In this document: positions 1 through 13,406 of the stretch, piece by piece
How the letters are laid out: every line of letters begins with the position of its first letter
How positions within the stretch are numbered: position 1 is the stretch's first letter
Source of the DNA: Massalongia carnosa
Lineage: Eukaryota
Direction of reading: 5' to 3'
Assembly (NCBI GenBank): GCA_965645245.1
Contig: OZ287073.1
Location: 124,001 to 188,000 of the forward strand
Length of the DNA stretch: 64,000 nucleotides
Position numbers and translations under genes: made by a program
The notes under the pieces: model-generated
Database searches by the model: none
Seen by the model: only the letters and a program-made list of their open reading frames with translations
Told to the model about the DNA's origin: nothing

Positions 1-380
1 CGATCGATGATCGACCGATCTTCGAAAGCAATGATAATCTCGTGCTTTTGCTCATGATCTCGTCGAGTCTCTTGAAGGCTGCCTTTGACGTTCGCGCTGA
101 TCAAAATGCATGACATTGATCGTTCTAAGATTATGCTATTTTGCGTCAGAACTTGCAACAAACGATACAATCATCCATCCACTTGATGTAAAATGCTCCA
201 TTTGAATAGCGACCGTCTTCCCCTTCTTTCGGAGATTTCTCTTCCTCACTCCATCTCCCAGTGACTCCAACTCCCGCTTCACTTTCTATAACTCCTTTTT
301 CGCCCCACCAGTTTCCCACGAAACCACCACGCCAACCCCGCAAGCAGACCCAGCAACAGCAGTACCACCGCCAGCGCAAC

Positions 381-915
381 CTATCCCTTATTCCAGCTTC
401 GGTGCCTCTGTCCCGCGGTAATCGCAATGCCAAACCCGTCATGCACAAGAAAACTTACATTGGCAGCGCTGTGGAAAGTCTCGCTGCCGAATTGTACGGA
501 GCCGAGATACATTTTCCGGGATGGAAGAATATCATTCTGCCAGAGATAGGCAAGGAGAGGCGCGAAATCGGTGGGGGCAGTGAGGGTTATATTCGTAGAC
601 GCGAGCCAAGTGAGGACATTTTGAGAAAATGAACTCACGCCAGTATTAAGCGTGCTAGGGAAGGGTAAGCTATGATGAGATGCGTAGAATGCCTTCAAAA
701 ACCCCCTGAAGACTAGGGAGCGACTTCCGCGGAAGTTGAGGGCAACAATAGGATATCTACGTGCGGAGGAGCGAAAGGAGAATGCGCACTCACTATGTAG
801 TCCCTTTCACCGTGCATTGCTTCTTTTTCTGCGGCTTGTCGTCGGCTCCGATCGGTGCGGAACCACCCAACGTGCCCCACCAGATCATCACCTCATACTG
901 TTGGAACTGTGACTG
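381..915 (-). pseudogene. GH12-like endoglucanase, 3' fragment
   Basis: Motifs QYEVMIWWGTLGGSAPIG and YLGSVQFGSETF resemble the GH12 nucleophile (YE.MIW) and acid/base (Q.G.E.F) regions; GTGAGT...CCCTAG intron ~793-656 joins them; no intact 5' part seen. Confidence 0.6.
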
Positions 916-1775
916 CAACAGGCGGAATGGTAGCACTGGGTAATTGATATGACTAGTTCGACAAACGAGTTCTTGCACATGCAAAACAAACTGGGAGAAA
1001 CGATTGACTTTCTACCACTACGTAGGGTAAAACTGCTCCTATTTATGCCCGTCCACCAGCGATTCCAGAAGCTTCTATTCCCATCTCATCGGTTCCCGCT
1101 TCCGATGCGATTTCTGACTTCATACAAATTTGCCACCGCCACAAGCCTTTCCTTGACGAGGTAGATGCAAATTGCTTTGTCAGCTGGTTTTGGTACTTGG
1201 TGTTGAACAAAAAATCAACCAGGCATACGGCAGCGGGATGCAGGAGAAGAGGGTCTAGGGCTATCAAGGATAGGCAAAGAGAAGTGCTTGGCAAACGTGA
1301 TGCAGGTACTCCGTATTTCCAGTGAAGATACTCCAAATTTAGCTATCTGCTGAACTGAATTCTGAACGACTGAATAGCTAAATTACATGAGGAATCATCG
1401 TCTCTTTATACTGCTTGAGGGCCTCCATCTCGGCCTATATCAAATGCATGAACCTGCTTCCTTTGAATCTTTTCAGCTGGGCAAAATACACCTCGTTGCT
1501 GACCGGAGACACCGAGACACTCAGTGATCATGAACAGCTGAATTGCCTCCGAAATGTAGCATTCTTGCTGCATACTTTTGCCTCCTCGTAGTTGCCGAAG
1601 TCGTGCCGATATCTGAAGCTTTTCGCATATAGCATATGATTGCCTAATCTGGAAATTAGTAAGGAGGAGGCAAAAGAAACAAATATTCAGGTATCTCGGC
1701 AAATTCCAATACTTGGCATCGACTGTCATACCAGTCTGGAGGCGTCCCTGGTAATGCCACTATGAAATCCATTGC

Positions 1776-1894
1776 TGTTGAAATACTCGCTTAGCCCCAT
1801 TAGTTCGAGCTCAGCCCTGCAGGCTGCCATGACTGCTATAAGCAGTCACCTCCGTAGTAATTTCAACATCATGCCGTCAACTGTTCATTTAACA
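1776..1894 (+). mobile_element. Solo LTR (119 bp) of the TRIM family at 61113-62003
   Basis: TG...CA ends, 5-bp TSD ATTGC on both sides, near-identical to the LTRs at 61113 and 61885. Confidence 0.95.
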
Positions 1895-2217
1895 ATTGCT
1901 ATGGTGTGGAAGGGCATAGCCGGAGTGACGTTATGCGGGGGTTATTTTCGATAGCACTTGCACGCATCATATATGGATCCTGCGACTCGTGATAGACATT
2001 GCCTAACACTAAGATCGAGGAGAGAAGACTGCATGAAGGTGTGTTCTATTGAGATCTGTCTACATGGCTATTATATACTGCATTAACATCTTAACAGCTT
2101 TTCCGAATGCTCGAAAACACGAACGGTTTCATCAGTGCTGTGGTTGCAGGCCCATAAGGAACTGTGCGATGAGGAGCAGGGACATAAACACTAGGGCGCC
2201 GTTTTTGCCAGAGGATA

Positions 2218-2300
2218 TGCCCATAAGGCTTCTACATTTATCTTTTCGTGACTTTCTCCTTGATACTCAAAAGCGTGGGAAGAGCCCGTTCTGGGGAAAT
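2218..2300 (+). pseudogene. Fragment of a fungal NACHT/NLR-like gene
   Basis: PIRLLHLSFRDFLLD...PFW resembles the motif C-terminal to NACHT domains in HET-E-like proteins; very short. Confidence 0.4.
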
Positions 2301-3125
2301 TGAAGACATAGACAGATTGGGCAAATCCTCCCTTGCAAAGGCTTGGGGTCTCTGGAGAGCTAGTACTCCGGTTTTTCAGTCCAAACAGTTGCTTTTTGGC
2401 TGCTTTGAGCTCTCTGGGATAGCTGATTAGATTCGCGTAGAAAATGATGGGTTTCATCCAGTCCCACAGCGGGAACGCCGTAAACGCCTGGTATCCCGAT
2501 TTTCCCCGTGGCCTTTCAAGTTGATGAAACACCCTGCAAAGGGGAGAACATTGGCCTCGAGCTTTTCTCGGGCCAGCCACCCACTCGGGCCACCCCTCGA
2601 AATCTAGTAGCTGAATATTAATCTTTTCCTTCCCATTCAGCTTGCTATTGCTGCTTATAGAGAGTCATTTAATGACTGGGAAGCCGGTCCCAAAGCTTTC
2701 GAAGACAAGCCATCCGTTCGAAAAATCGCCCGTCAACATGGTATGCGTATAAACGCATCAAAGGGAGAGACGGGGCAAATCTGCGATTTTCTCGCCTCCA
2801 AAGCTCTCGCGTCTTGAACAACTTTGCTGTTTCTGTGAATGCCGGACCTGCTAAAAGGGAGTGATAATGAGAAGCAGGAAGTCAGCACCGTTATTCGTTA
2901 CCCCTTATCTAAAAAGATCGATTTGCTGATATCGTGGATTTTTAATCATCAATCATATCCTTGTCTTCACCGCCTGCCTGCACTTCATCCTCATGCCTTT
3001 CTTTCAGCAGGTGTTCTTTAATAGCAGTGCTGAAAGTGGCGTCCTTGAACAGTGTAGGATACAGCGGAGACGGCGGTTCCTTCAAGCGCCTGGGCAGGTT
3101 CGACCCAGCTGTTGGGGTAAATGGC

Positions 3126-3196
3126 CTATAACTGGGACTCCTGCTATGTTCGCTGTAGGTCCTGCCGTCCGCACCACGCATGGTCGAACCGTTACA
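3126..3196 (+). repeat. 3' fragment of the 170-bp LTR family at 54360 and 54625
   Basis: ctataactgggactcc...gaaccgttaca nearly identical to the 3' end of 54360-54529; no 5' end or TSD found. Confidence 0.75.
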
Positions 3197-4517
3197 GACT
3201 TGCCCTATCTCTATTTCTGCCGTTTTAACACATACGCCGCACGCGTCGTGTTCCGCGCTTGGGTGGGGTCGCATCGAGGAACATATCGAGGGCGACATTC
3301 GCTTTCGCGTTTAGAGAAGCAAGGGTGTCAACATCTAGAGGGGTGGACGCCGGCGGGGCAAGGGGGGAACCCATGGACCATAGTGCCTCTACTGCCAACG
3401 AAGACAGGTTGCGAAGGCGGATGGGGAGAAGAGGGGATTTGATGGCAATGTTGGGGTACGAGTGAACGAGGTTGGGGTTGGAGCCCCAGCGCCAGGTTGC
3501 GTTGAGAGCTACATCTCCGCCGGTGGGGGTCTAAATGGCGAATGATATTCAGCATGGATTTTTCAGGAAGAGAGTACCAAGGGATCGCGAGGTCGAGAGG
3601 TCGAGGCGTTGAAGTAGGCATCGTACGGAAATACATTGGAAGCCGGAGCCATCGCCGCCCCATGCGTTGGTGCTAACTGCCAAGGTGGTTTAGATTGGGG
3701 GACTTTAGGGACTCGAAGGAGTCTGACCGAAGGATGCGGATCAGGAAGACTTGCCAGTGTACTCCCCGGATGGCAGGTCGTAGTAGCGGTGTCGGCCGCA
3801 AATTTCCTGGGAGACGATGGCAGCAAGGAATACCCACAAGATGATCGCCGCACATGGGGCAGCATTCCAGCGCATAATGAGAATGAGGAGATTTTCTCAA
3901 TTTATTTTGCTCCCTCGCCACAACCACCTTTCCTAGTCACATATGCGTAGGGAGTAGTAGGAAAGACAGTTTATTGGTAGAAAGATCGACAGGACTTACT
4001 ACTCCACTCTGGACTATGAGCTGGTCCTGAGGCTGAATCACGGCCCTGATCACCCCTAATCCCCCCTGATCTAAAGAGTACGGACCGCACGATAAGGTTT
4101 GCAGCTCCTCCGGGTTCCGCGCTGACATTTCAATCGCCAGGAAGAAGTGACTGTAAGGCGCTATGAATGATCCCACTCCTTCCATACCACTACAGAGTAA
4201 CTAGGACCTCTTTCAAAGACCACGTTCGAAGACCACTTTCCAATCGGAAGAGAACAGATGCTCCCCGTTGCCAGGACACAGTCATGAATCCGGGACGGAA
4301 TTACAGAGTACACAATTCAATCGCTATCTATTCGCTCGAGTCAGAACCTTGGTCTGAGCGCGTGCCCCTTTACTCAATATGTTCTAGTTTATGATTACAA
4401 GCACCGGCGGCTGTAAGCGGCTAATTATATACGCCTAGGTTAATTCCTTCCCCCATCCAGTCACACAGACGTCACCACGGATGCTCCTCTACAAAGTATC
4501 GAAACCTGTGTCTCGCA

Positions 4518-6877
4518 TTAACAACGTAATACACTTGGCACAAGGGTGAGCCAATATAGCACATACCGTTGAGCCTGGACCTGGTAACCAGCTTTTCCGA
4601 TCCCTTCGATGCGGAATCCGAGTTTCTCCATCCCTTCCACGTCGACTAGGCCACGGCCATCAAACATCCATTTCGGTTTCCGCATGTGCGAGGAGATGCG
4701 AGCCCAATCGATGTTTTCGCTGGCCTTCTTCTCCTCTTCGAGGCTGTTAAATAAACAGCTGACGGCATAATGTTGAAATTACTACGGAGGTGACTGCTTA
4801 TAGCAGTCATGGCAGCCTACAGGGCTGAGCTAGAACTAATGGGGCTAAGCGAGTATTCCAACAGAGGCCTCTGGCGCAATCGATGCAGTCCTTGGCGCAC
4901 GCGGGCTCCTAGACATAGCGATTCAACGGGTCCGTCTGGACGCTCTGCTGGGCCCGTCCAGTCTCGCACTGACGTGCCTGTGCGGCCGTCATGTAGTCCC
5001 GGAGCGCGACAATGTCAAGTTCCGAGAGGGTCTTCTTGAGGCCCGGGCGTGCGATGCTGTTCGTGCTGCGCCTGTGAAAAGCAGATTCGTGTCGACAGAA
5101 TGGAGGGTAGCGGAATTGTTGCCATTCGGTCAAGATTAGTGTAGCGCTCGCGTCGAAACATGCGTCGTAAGCGTTGTGGTAGACTTCGATGGGCCCATCA
5201 GGCTTGAGGAGGTTGAGTCCCGTGGTAGGGAATAGCCGTTTCACCTCGTTCTTGATATCGGTGGGGTTACATCGTGGGTCGAAGATGGCAATCTCGCTAG
5301 GCCGGTCCGCGAGGAGTAGCTTGAAGACATCAATAGCGGGAGATTCTCGAGTGTCACTCGTGTTGTTCTTGAAGGCGTATCCCAGAAGTGCGACTTTCTT
5401 GCCGATCAAGGTCCCGTGCAAGCTTGACACGACGCGGTTCACGAAACGGGTGCGCTGGAACTCGTTCATGAGAAACACTTGCTGCCAGTAGTCGGCCACC
5501 TCCGGAAGGCTAAGTGATGAAGACAGGTAGATCAGACTCAAGATATCCTTTTTGAAACAAGATCCACCAAAACCAAGACCCGCATTGAGGAACTTGGGAC
5601 CAAGACGTGGGTCGAGACCGATGGCAAGGGCGACTTCATCAATGTTGGCCCTAGTACGCTCGCACACAGCGCTGATGGAATTGATACTGCTGATTCGTTG
5701 CGCGAGCATAGCGTTGGCTGCAAGCTTGGTAAGCTCAGACGACCATAGATTTACCAGTATTATTCTGGCAGGATCTACCCATGTTGCGTAGACATTTTTC
5801 AAAGCGATTGCTGCGGCTCGACCGCTGTGTGTTTGCGCCGAACCGATTAATATCCGGTCAGGATTTAACAAATCCTTGATCGCGGTTCCTTCACTCGGGA
5901 TTGGAGAGGATTTCGAATGATACGCCGGGTCGGTAGGTTTCAAGCTATAGCAGCCATGATAAAGCATTAATCCACAGTGTCATCGCACATATATTAAACA
6001 TTCAAACGAAAGAGGATAGCTTACAACATCACGAATACGACTCACTGTTCTGCAAGGGACCGTACTATTTTCCACAATGATCGCTCCCTGCTTGGCCACT
6101 TCTGCGATCGTTCGGGCAGCAGCTTCTAGGGTGAACATATCGGTGGCAGATCCAGCACCAATGCCTGAAAACTTCGTAGGAGTGTTGACGCTAAGAAATA
6201 TGACGTCTGCTTCTGCAATCGACGGGGCGACTTTAGTTGTAAAAAGAGATTGGCTTGACGCGCAGGGAGCCTAATGTTGGGGCTCAAGCCCTTCTCGCCG
6301 GGGATCGTGGTGGTTTCGTACCATCACGAGCGACACGTATGATATCGCCGAGGCCTAGCTCGTGGATTGGAAGATGTTTTGTCCGCCATTTGTGGATTCG
6401 GTCTTCGTTTAGGTCTGCAACCGTTACCCGGATGTCGGGGTTTTGAAAAGCTATGATTGCTGCTGTGGGTCCTCCTGAAGAAAAGACAATCTCAACAGAT
6501 GCTGTGAAGCGAAATCATATCGCCACCAAAGGAAAATCAAGGGGAACATAGACCTCTTCATGTACTTCCGGAAGCGGTGCAGGGAAGGATATGCTCTTAC
6601 CGACGTATCCAGCTCCCACACAGCAGATAGTACGTACCCGCTCAAGAGGATCTCTACTGATGGATCGCTCAGGAGAGTGCTCACGCGTTGATATCGAGAG
6701 AGAGTCCCAAATTTTAGATTGCTCTAGATCGGACAGCTCATGCTTCAAATCTGCCACTACAATGGGAACCACGGCACTATGTGCTAGGATGGAACTGTCC
6801 ACCTCTATAGCCAAATTCTGGTTGCAAGAGTTGTTCTGCTGGAGGATCGAGACTCGGTCTTCGGACATCGTGACCAT
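4518..6877 (-). pseudogene. ugd1: UDP-glucose 6-dehydrogenase (disrupted)
   Basis: ICCVGAGYVG-intron-GPTAA NAD-binding motif, SVNTPTK, VEKSTVP, SELTKLAANAMLAQRISSINS, catalytic GFGGSCFKKD, C-terminal FDGRG; two introns. Lesions: frameshifts ~6315 and ~6243, deletion in NPE(FLA)EG ~5892, TAG at 4909, solo LTR at 4745. Confidence 0.93.
4745..4863 (-). mobile_element. Solo LTR of the TRIM family inserted in the UGD last exon
   Basis: Reverse copy of the 119-bp LTR, TSD GAGGC; removal restores ...CARGLEEEKKASENIDW. Confidence 0.95.
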
Positions 6878-7952
6878 GTTTGCGGATTGTAGATAAGACT
6901 CTAGGAAACAAAATAATGTCAAAGAGAAGAGTAGCCCGAAAAGTAGACGCACATGATTGATATGAGCAACAATCCAGTTGCGGCTGAACCTCTCAGCCAC
7001 AAAACACCGCTCAGCTCGGGGAACCAAGAGCTTCTCATGACATTCGTCTTATCGAAGGAGGTGAACTAGGATGGCCAATGAGATGATCAGGCAGTGAGCG
7101 CGGCCTCCTCACCGAGATGAATATGAAACCTAGGAGATATTGCCAAGCGATAGGGTCTATCGATGCAGAAGGGATTTTCTCAACTGGGACGTACTGGATG
7201 GACAAATTCTGTCGAGTATCTAGGATGTATCGGTTGCTCAGCGGGATCTGGATTACTGTAACACACTTGGCATTTGTGTCCATGCCTTTGGGAGAATACC
7301 ATGTCAAATGTATCAAATCTCACTAGAACTGTTTGTTTTGGACCGTACTCGTACCAAGAGATTCTGACAAGAATAGAACTGGATAATCCCTGTAACGGTG
7401 TGTTGGGTTGGGCAAATACATGTTTATCTACACAATGGAAACTTATCGAACCCGGTGCAAAGTGGCTCAAAGTATAAATTAGCTGTATAGTACTCTATAT
7501 TGTATTTTAGTTCACTTTTCCGCACTATCAATCGGGCTCGTGGACTCAGCAAAGAGAAGGAACCAAGCACTTTTGCGCCACAAGAGAACTCACAGAACTC
7601 TGTACTCTGTAACGACCTATCTTCAAAGCGCTAATTTGGGGGAGGTAAAGGCGGTTCCCTGTTCTGGAAAAAATGGGCTAATGGAATTGCCCACTGGTCT
7701 TCGATAGCGTGTGGCTACAGAAGAATAATGGAGCCCACCGAGGCATGCCTCTGATGTTTTTCTTTCTTCTCTTCCAGTCCATTCTGTCAAGCTTTCCACT
7801 GTCTTTCCTTGCATACCAAACGGTCTTTTCCTTCGCAGCTCTTTCATTATTAATTGTGCACCCAGACGATCGTTTCTGCCTCTTAGGCTTCCTCTCTTTG
7901 CCTGACATTCTCTACCTTTTCATTCTGATTCGTATCTGTATCCCAATACGGC

Positions 7953-8721
7953 ATGTCTAACTCCGAACCTGACAACATAGGTCCGCAGCGACCTCGGAAA
8001 TCGTCCCTGGCAGGATCTGATGTAGGTCCCAAAACGTGAATCGATCGGTCGACAAGAAAGTGGCTCTTTTTCAGCCGTTTGGTAGCTCCAACGAGATTTC
8101 AAACTATAGCAGGAGCTCCAGTGATACCGCTAGCCATGGACCTGCTCAAGGCCAGTTCGTTTCTTCCCAGGCTCGTTCGATTCAGCGTGGTCAATCAACT
8201 CTTGCAGCGGATGACTCCATAGTAAGGATATCAACCTTCTGATCCATCTATGAGCAACTTTTACTGACCATTCAAAGTTGCCAGCCACTCCACAAATGGA
8301 GCCGTTAGTATCTGAGAAACCCCAGGAACACGAAGAGAAAGCATACGACAAGAAAGAGTCGCCTCTAGGTGAAAACCAGAGCGAACATAAGAAGTCAAGC
8401 TTCTTTAGGAGGACTACGGCCCATTGGAAGGCGAAGTATTATCAATCTGGATCCGCGCCCCTATTATTTCCATCGGCACCACGGAAAAAGAGAAATACTC
8501 TTATGTCAACATGAACCACCTGTTCGTGGTGGTCTGCGGCGTCTTCTCGTTTCTTGCCCTTGGAATAGGAATGTGGCTCTTCCTTAAAGCGTCTCCGATG
8601 TTCGCATGGTACGCCGTGTATGCAACCCTAGCGCAGTTTTACCTCCTTAAGTCCTATTTGATCAGCTGCATTGGGAAAGCTTTCAACCTTGATCAGCACA
8701 AGCAGCTCCTGGTGGATCACC
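7953..8721 (+). pseudogene. CelA/cellulose-synthase-like GT2, 5' part only
   Basis: After single-base corrections reads LFPSAPTEKEKYSYV, two TM helices (GVFSFLALGIGMWLF; YLLKSYLISCIGKAFNL) and QHKQLL, resembling the N-terminus of fungal CelA-type GT2; catalytic domain missing, replaced by MULE DNA. Confidence 0.65.
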
Positions 8722-9750
8722 ACAGGGACATAGAAATTACAAACGTCGCTTTCCAGAGGCGGCCGAAGAAGATGCTCGCAAAAAACGAATACTTTATGCT
8801 AAACAGGTACGTGCTCACCTTAAGATTAATTCATGGCTAATCATTGAGAGCAGGGTCGAAGATATCTGACAGAGCGACAGTATCAAATTATCGTTCCTCA
8901 TTTCGAGCATATAGCTCCAGCTCCATCGTCGCATACTTCATTTCTTAGAAAGTTATTCACCCGCCCATTATGGACGTATCCTCAAAGACGATGTCCTCTT
9001 CCTCTACGCATTCCATTAGGAGAGCCAACACCACTTTCGGAAGGGGAGAGAACACCAGTGGGCTAGGATTCTGATGACTTTCCGTACGAAAAAGAAGAGG
9101 CATTATCGGAAGAGAGAGAGGAAGTCGAGAATACATTAGCGGAAGAGCGACAAGAAGTCGAGAATACATCAGCGGATGAGCGATAGGAAGCTGATAATAT
9201 ACAAGCGGAGGAGCAAATTTGGAGCATGCTAGAGAAAGGTAAAGAACATGACCGGGCACTGATTTCACCTCGTAAATCTAGATCTGGACGAATATTGAAA
9301 CCTACTGTGAGAGGCAAGAAGCTTTACACAAAGCATGCCAACTTAGCGAAGGCAGCTTTAGAAAGCTCTAGAGAAGTGTCATTGACTGATTTAATAAACA
9401 AGTCACCTCCTCGAAAACGACAAATGCGAGGGACAAAGCCGAGTCAATAGATGGGTCTAGAGATTATCCTTACAGAGAGAAAGGATAAGCAATCGTGTTT
9501 CTGTCATGAAGTGACAGAGCATCTGCCGGCTACCTATGTTTCATGTGCCACTTCTTCGGAGGCGATTTTTTGGTGAAGGAATGACATATCGAAACATGAC
9601 AGTCTGAGGATGAAAAATTAGATCATGATATTGTATTGTGATGTTTTTCGTATAATTTTGTATAGGTATCTAGTCGCTTTTCCTCGTGCTTGTCATTTAA
9701 TCGTGCGGTCGCAATATTTCAAATGACCCTCAAATGATCCCCTTCGATTA
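8722..9750 (+). mobile_element. 3' portion of a MULE copy (duplicate of 13873-14860)
   Basis: ~1-kb near-identical direct repeat ending within the right TIR. Confidence 0.9.
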
Positions 9751-10310
9751 ACGGCAAATTACTGAGATGACCCCCCAAATAACGGCAAATTACTGAGATG
9801 ACCCCCAAATAACCCCCCCCATCTTGCCTGGGGGTTATTTGGGGGTCAATTACCGTAATACACACGTAATTTTGCTTCTGGAGCTGTCACGATGACCCCC
9901 AAGAACTGTAATTAATTGAAGGGGTCATTTGGGGGTCATTTGGAATATTGCGACCGCACAGTTAAATGGCACGCACGAGGAGAAGTCCATTGAGCGTCGG
10001 CTACCCGATAAAAGCCTTGCTACTCCAAGAAAGAAGATATGATTACGGCGATAAAAACGAGCGACTAGATATCTGTAGCCCGATGATCGTGCGATATCGG
10101 GGGGTCAATCATAGGTGAAGTGACTGAACCTACCAATTAAAGCTTTATAACTTTCTGCTTTAAGTGCTATACGCCAATGAAACTCCATAGAATGCTTAAA
10201 CAAGGCATTTGGACTACGTGGCACTCGGGCTATCTAGCGTTAACTCGGGACTTATTTGTGCATATCTTCGTCCATCATTTCTGCATACTTATGTCTCGTT
10301 CAATCTCACA

Positions 10311-12092
10311 ATGGCCGAATCATCAACAATGTCGCTTTATGTCGGTCAAGAGTGGGACGATAAATATGAGACAAGACAGGCGATCACTAATTCGCTTGCA
10401 AGCAAGGGCGAGTCATGGCGTGTTGAGAAGGCCGAGAAGAATAGATATCTAGTTAAGTGCGATCATTGTGACTTTCGAATCAGAGCCAGCTTGTCCAACA
10501 AAACTGGGAGATGTAATACTTAAATGTATAAGAGCTAAGACAAATAAATACTGACATTAGATCAGGGAAACTCACTAAAATGATCCCTCATACCTGTGCC
10601 ATATCGAACCACTCCGGCCATTCAGGTAGCAATGCTGTTCAGTATTTAGTCACCAACAAGACAAATCAAGCGCTTGTGCAATGTGATCATCGGGTTAAAT
10701 TGAGGCATTTAATGACCGTCGAGACTTCCAGTCGAGGAAACAACACAAACTATATGGCGATGTGGCGCACAAAAGAGTTTCTCAAGATTAAGCGGTTTTG
10801 GCAATATTAAGCAAAGCTTTCAATATATACCTGCATTCTTGTCAGCATGCGAAGAACAAAACAATACACGAACAGCATGGACAAATCTGGAGCTAGATGA
10901 GAACGGTTGTTCCAAACGATGTTGGGTACTGCCAAAGGCGACTGAGCGTGCTTTTCGTCATTGTCGTTCTGTGCTTCAGTGTGATGGTACATGTACGGCT
11001 TGCAAGACATCGGACGGCCTTGTGATCTTGTCTCTTGTTACTCAAGACGGTAACAACCAGGTATTGGAACTGGCGTGGGCATTGGTCCCAATCGAGAACA
11101 AAGATAACTGGATCTATTTTTTACGGGCAATGGCATTATATATTCGATTTCGCTCGGGACGACAAGCAGTGATTATTAGTGATCGCAATAAAGGTATCAA
11201 GCATGCAGTATCTGATCATTTTCCTGTCGCTTTAAGTGCTCATTGTTGCAAACATCTCGGAGACAATGTCGATAAAAAAATGGAAGAAGACATATCGAAA
11301 TCTTTTCTGGGATGCGGCCAAAGCTAAAACACAGGCAAAATTCAACACTATACTCAACAGAATTAGAGCGACGAGACCTAATTGCGCGGGTTATATTGAA
11401 GACATACCTCCAGAGTAGTGGGCTGTATATGCTTTTCCTCGTCTCCGATATGGTCAATTATGTTCTAATGCTCAAGAGTCGCAAAATAATATTTGGCTGG
11501 AGGCACGTCACATGCCCGCATTGCTTTGTCTCCATCAGATTTGGAACCAATGCATGGACAAACTTTATGAACGGCACAAGCTTGAACACAAGACAGATAG
11601 AGTCACTGGTTATGCCTGGAGATGGATTCAAGATGGACGAAACAATCGGCCGAGTATACTGTTCAAATTCTCGTCCTTTCTGCGGTATCGTCACTACTGG
11701 TACTGGAAGTCATCACATCGTGGATCTGGAAGCCAAGACGTGTACTTGTCATGATTTTCAGGATTATGAGATGCAATGTGATCATGCCGTTGCGTTGTGT
11801 ATGAAGCAAGAAAGAGAACCAGAGGATTTTGTCAGTCCCATCTTTACAATCGCTGAGTACAAGGCAACATACCAGTCATTTTTACAGCCTATTGATCTCA
11901 ATGTTCTCGCAGCGGCCGATGTGAAACCACCAGAATTTGTAGTCCAGGCTGGTCGCCCAAAAATCAGACCTGAGAGAAGAAAACGATTTGATTTATCAAA
12001 GCAGCGGATGAGATGCTCAATCTGCAAGAGTCGCAAGCATAACAGGCGTACATGTGATCACTCGGGACCTTCCGCGAGTGACGTTTCTGCTA
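10311..12092 (+). pseudogene. MULE transposase (frameshifted)
   Basis: MuDR-like N-terminus, LQCDGT...DGNNQVLELAWA...IISDRNKG...CCKH core, SWIM (CTCHDFQDYEMQCDH), CCHC knuckle (CSICKSRKHNRRTC). Confidence 0.9.
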
Positions 12093-13406
12093 TTATGGTA
12101 GGTCGTTAGTGTCCGGATAGGCGAATTTAAACGAATTTCATAGCAGTATGAATTATCTATTGTTGCTGTTACAAAATCAACGTTTCAGTAAAATGATGCG
12201 ATTATTTGTTTACATATAACTAATATTTAGTATAACCACTATTTGCATTCAGGACTGCTTGCACTCGACGAGGCATTGACCGCCTTAAAGTTTCCAAAAA
12301 CGCCTCCGTTATGTAGTCCCATGCCTCCAAGACAGCATCAACAATGGCCTCTTGAATTTTTGGGGCACTTGCTGACAGAATGCGTAATTCGGGGTGTCTT
12401 CTAAAGACTATGTTTTTCAATTTCTTCCATACCATCTCAATGGGGTTCAAATCGGGGGACTAGGCCGGCCAATCCATGACCGTGTACCCCTTTTCTTTGA
12501 ACCAGTCCATTGTCTCTCGAATTTTGTGTGTTATAGCTCCATCTTGCATGAAAACAATGCCCGAATCGTCATCGAGCATGGTAGGAAGATGTTCTTTATA
12601 AGCATCGAGTATAATCAACCCTGCGATACCTTTCTTTCCCGTACGATCTGGATCGGGCTCCAACGAGGTCAAACCACCCCGTCGATTGCCTGCAAAGCAG
12701 CCCTAGAACATCTTTGTGACTCTCGATCCATTTTTGACTGGTTCGAAGCATTCTTGATCCCATTTCTCATTTAGAAGTCGAAAAACCCACACGTTCTCAC
12801 TCCCATCCTGTTTGCAAACTGACATCTCATCAGACCAACACACTTGAGCCCACTCATCCTCCAAAACATCCTCATATTGACGTGCCCAGCCCAGCCGATC
12901 AGCAATATGAGCTTCCATTAACATCGTACGATTAGCTGCGCGCCATTTGCGAACGTTTTGATCTCGAAGACGTCGTTTCATGGTGGTTCGAGAAACATCG
13001 GACATAATGTTAGCTTGCAACTCCCCCAGAGGCTGTCGACGACCATTTGGCCCCGATTTAATCGCTGCTCGTATCAAATGACGATCTTCTCGTTCTGTGG
13101 TTATTTTGGACCGACCAGATCGTACTTCCGATTTGTGGTCGTCGCGTGTTGTAGCCTTCTTCAAAGTGTCTCCTATGGTGGAACGACCCCATTTGGAAAC
13201 TTTTCGTGTATAGTACTAGTACTAACGGAGGCGCCGGCGAGGCCTATACCGTACGTTTCAGCTCTGAATATGACGGGCACTTCTTTGCACGTAGTTCTGG
13301 GCTGTTTAGAGCTACGTGGTGGTGGCATGATGGATTGAAAGGTGGTTGTTTACTTTTCAAAACTAAAAAAATTCTCGCCTATCCGGACACTTCTGACCCT
13401 GCATAA
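12093..13406 (-). mobile_element. Tc1-like DNA transposon nested in the MULE transposase
   Basis: WSDE, FMQDGAITH, NPIEMVW, SMPRRVQAV...TKY motifs; imperfect TIRs sharing agtgtccggataggcga; flanking TA at 12091 and 13407. Confidence 0.88.

Noticed and set aside
2570..2770. pogo HTH remnant (PSVRKIARQHG)
   Set aside because: Too short and no paired TIRs.
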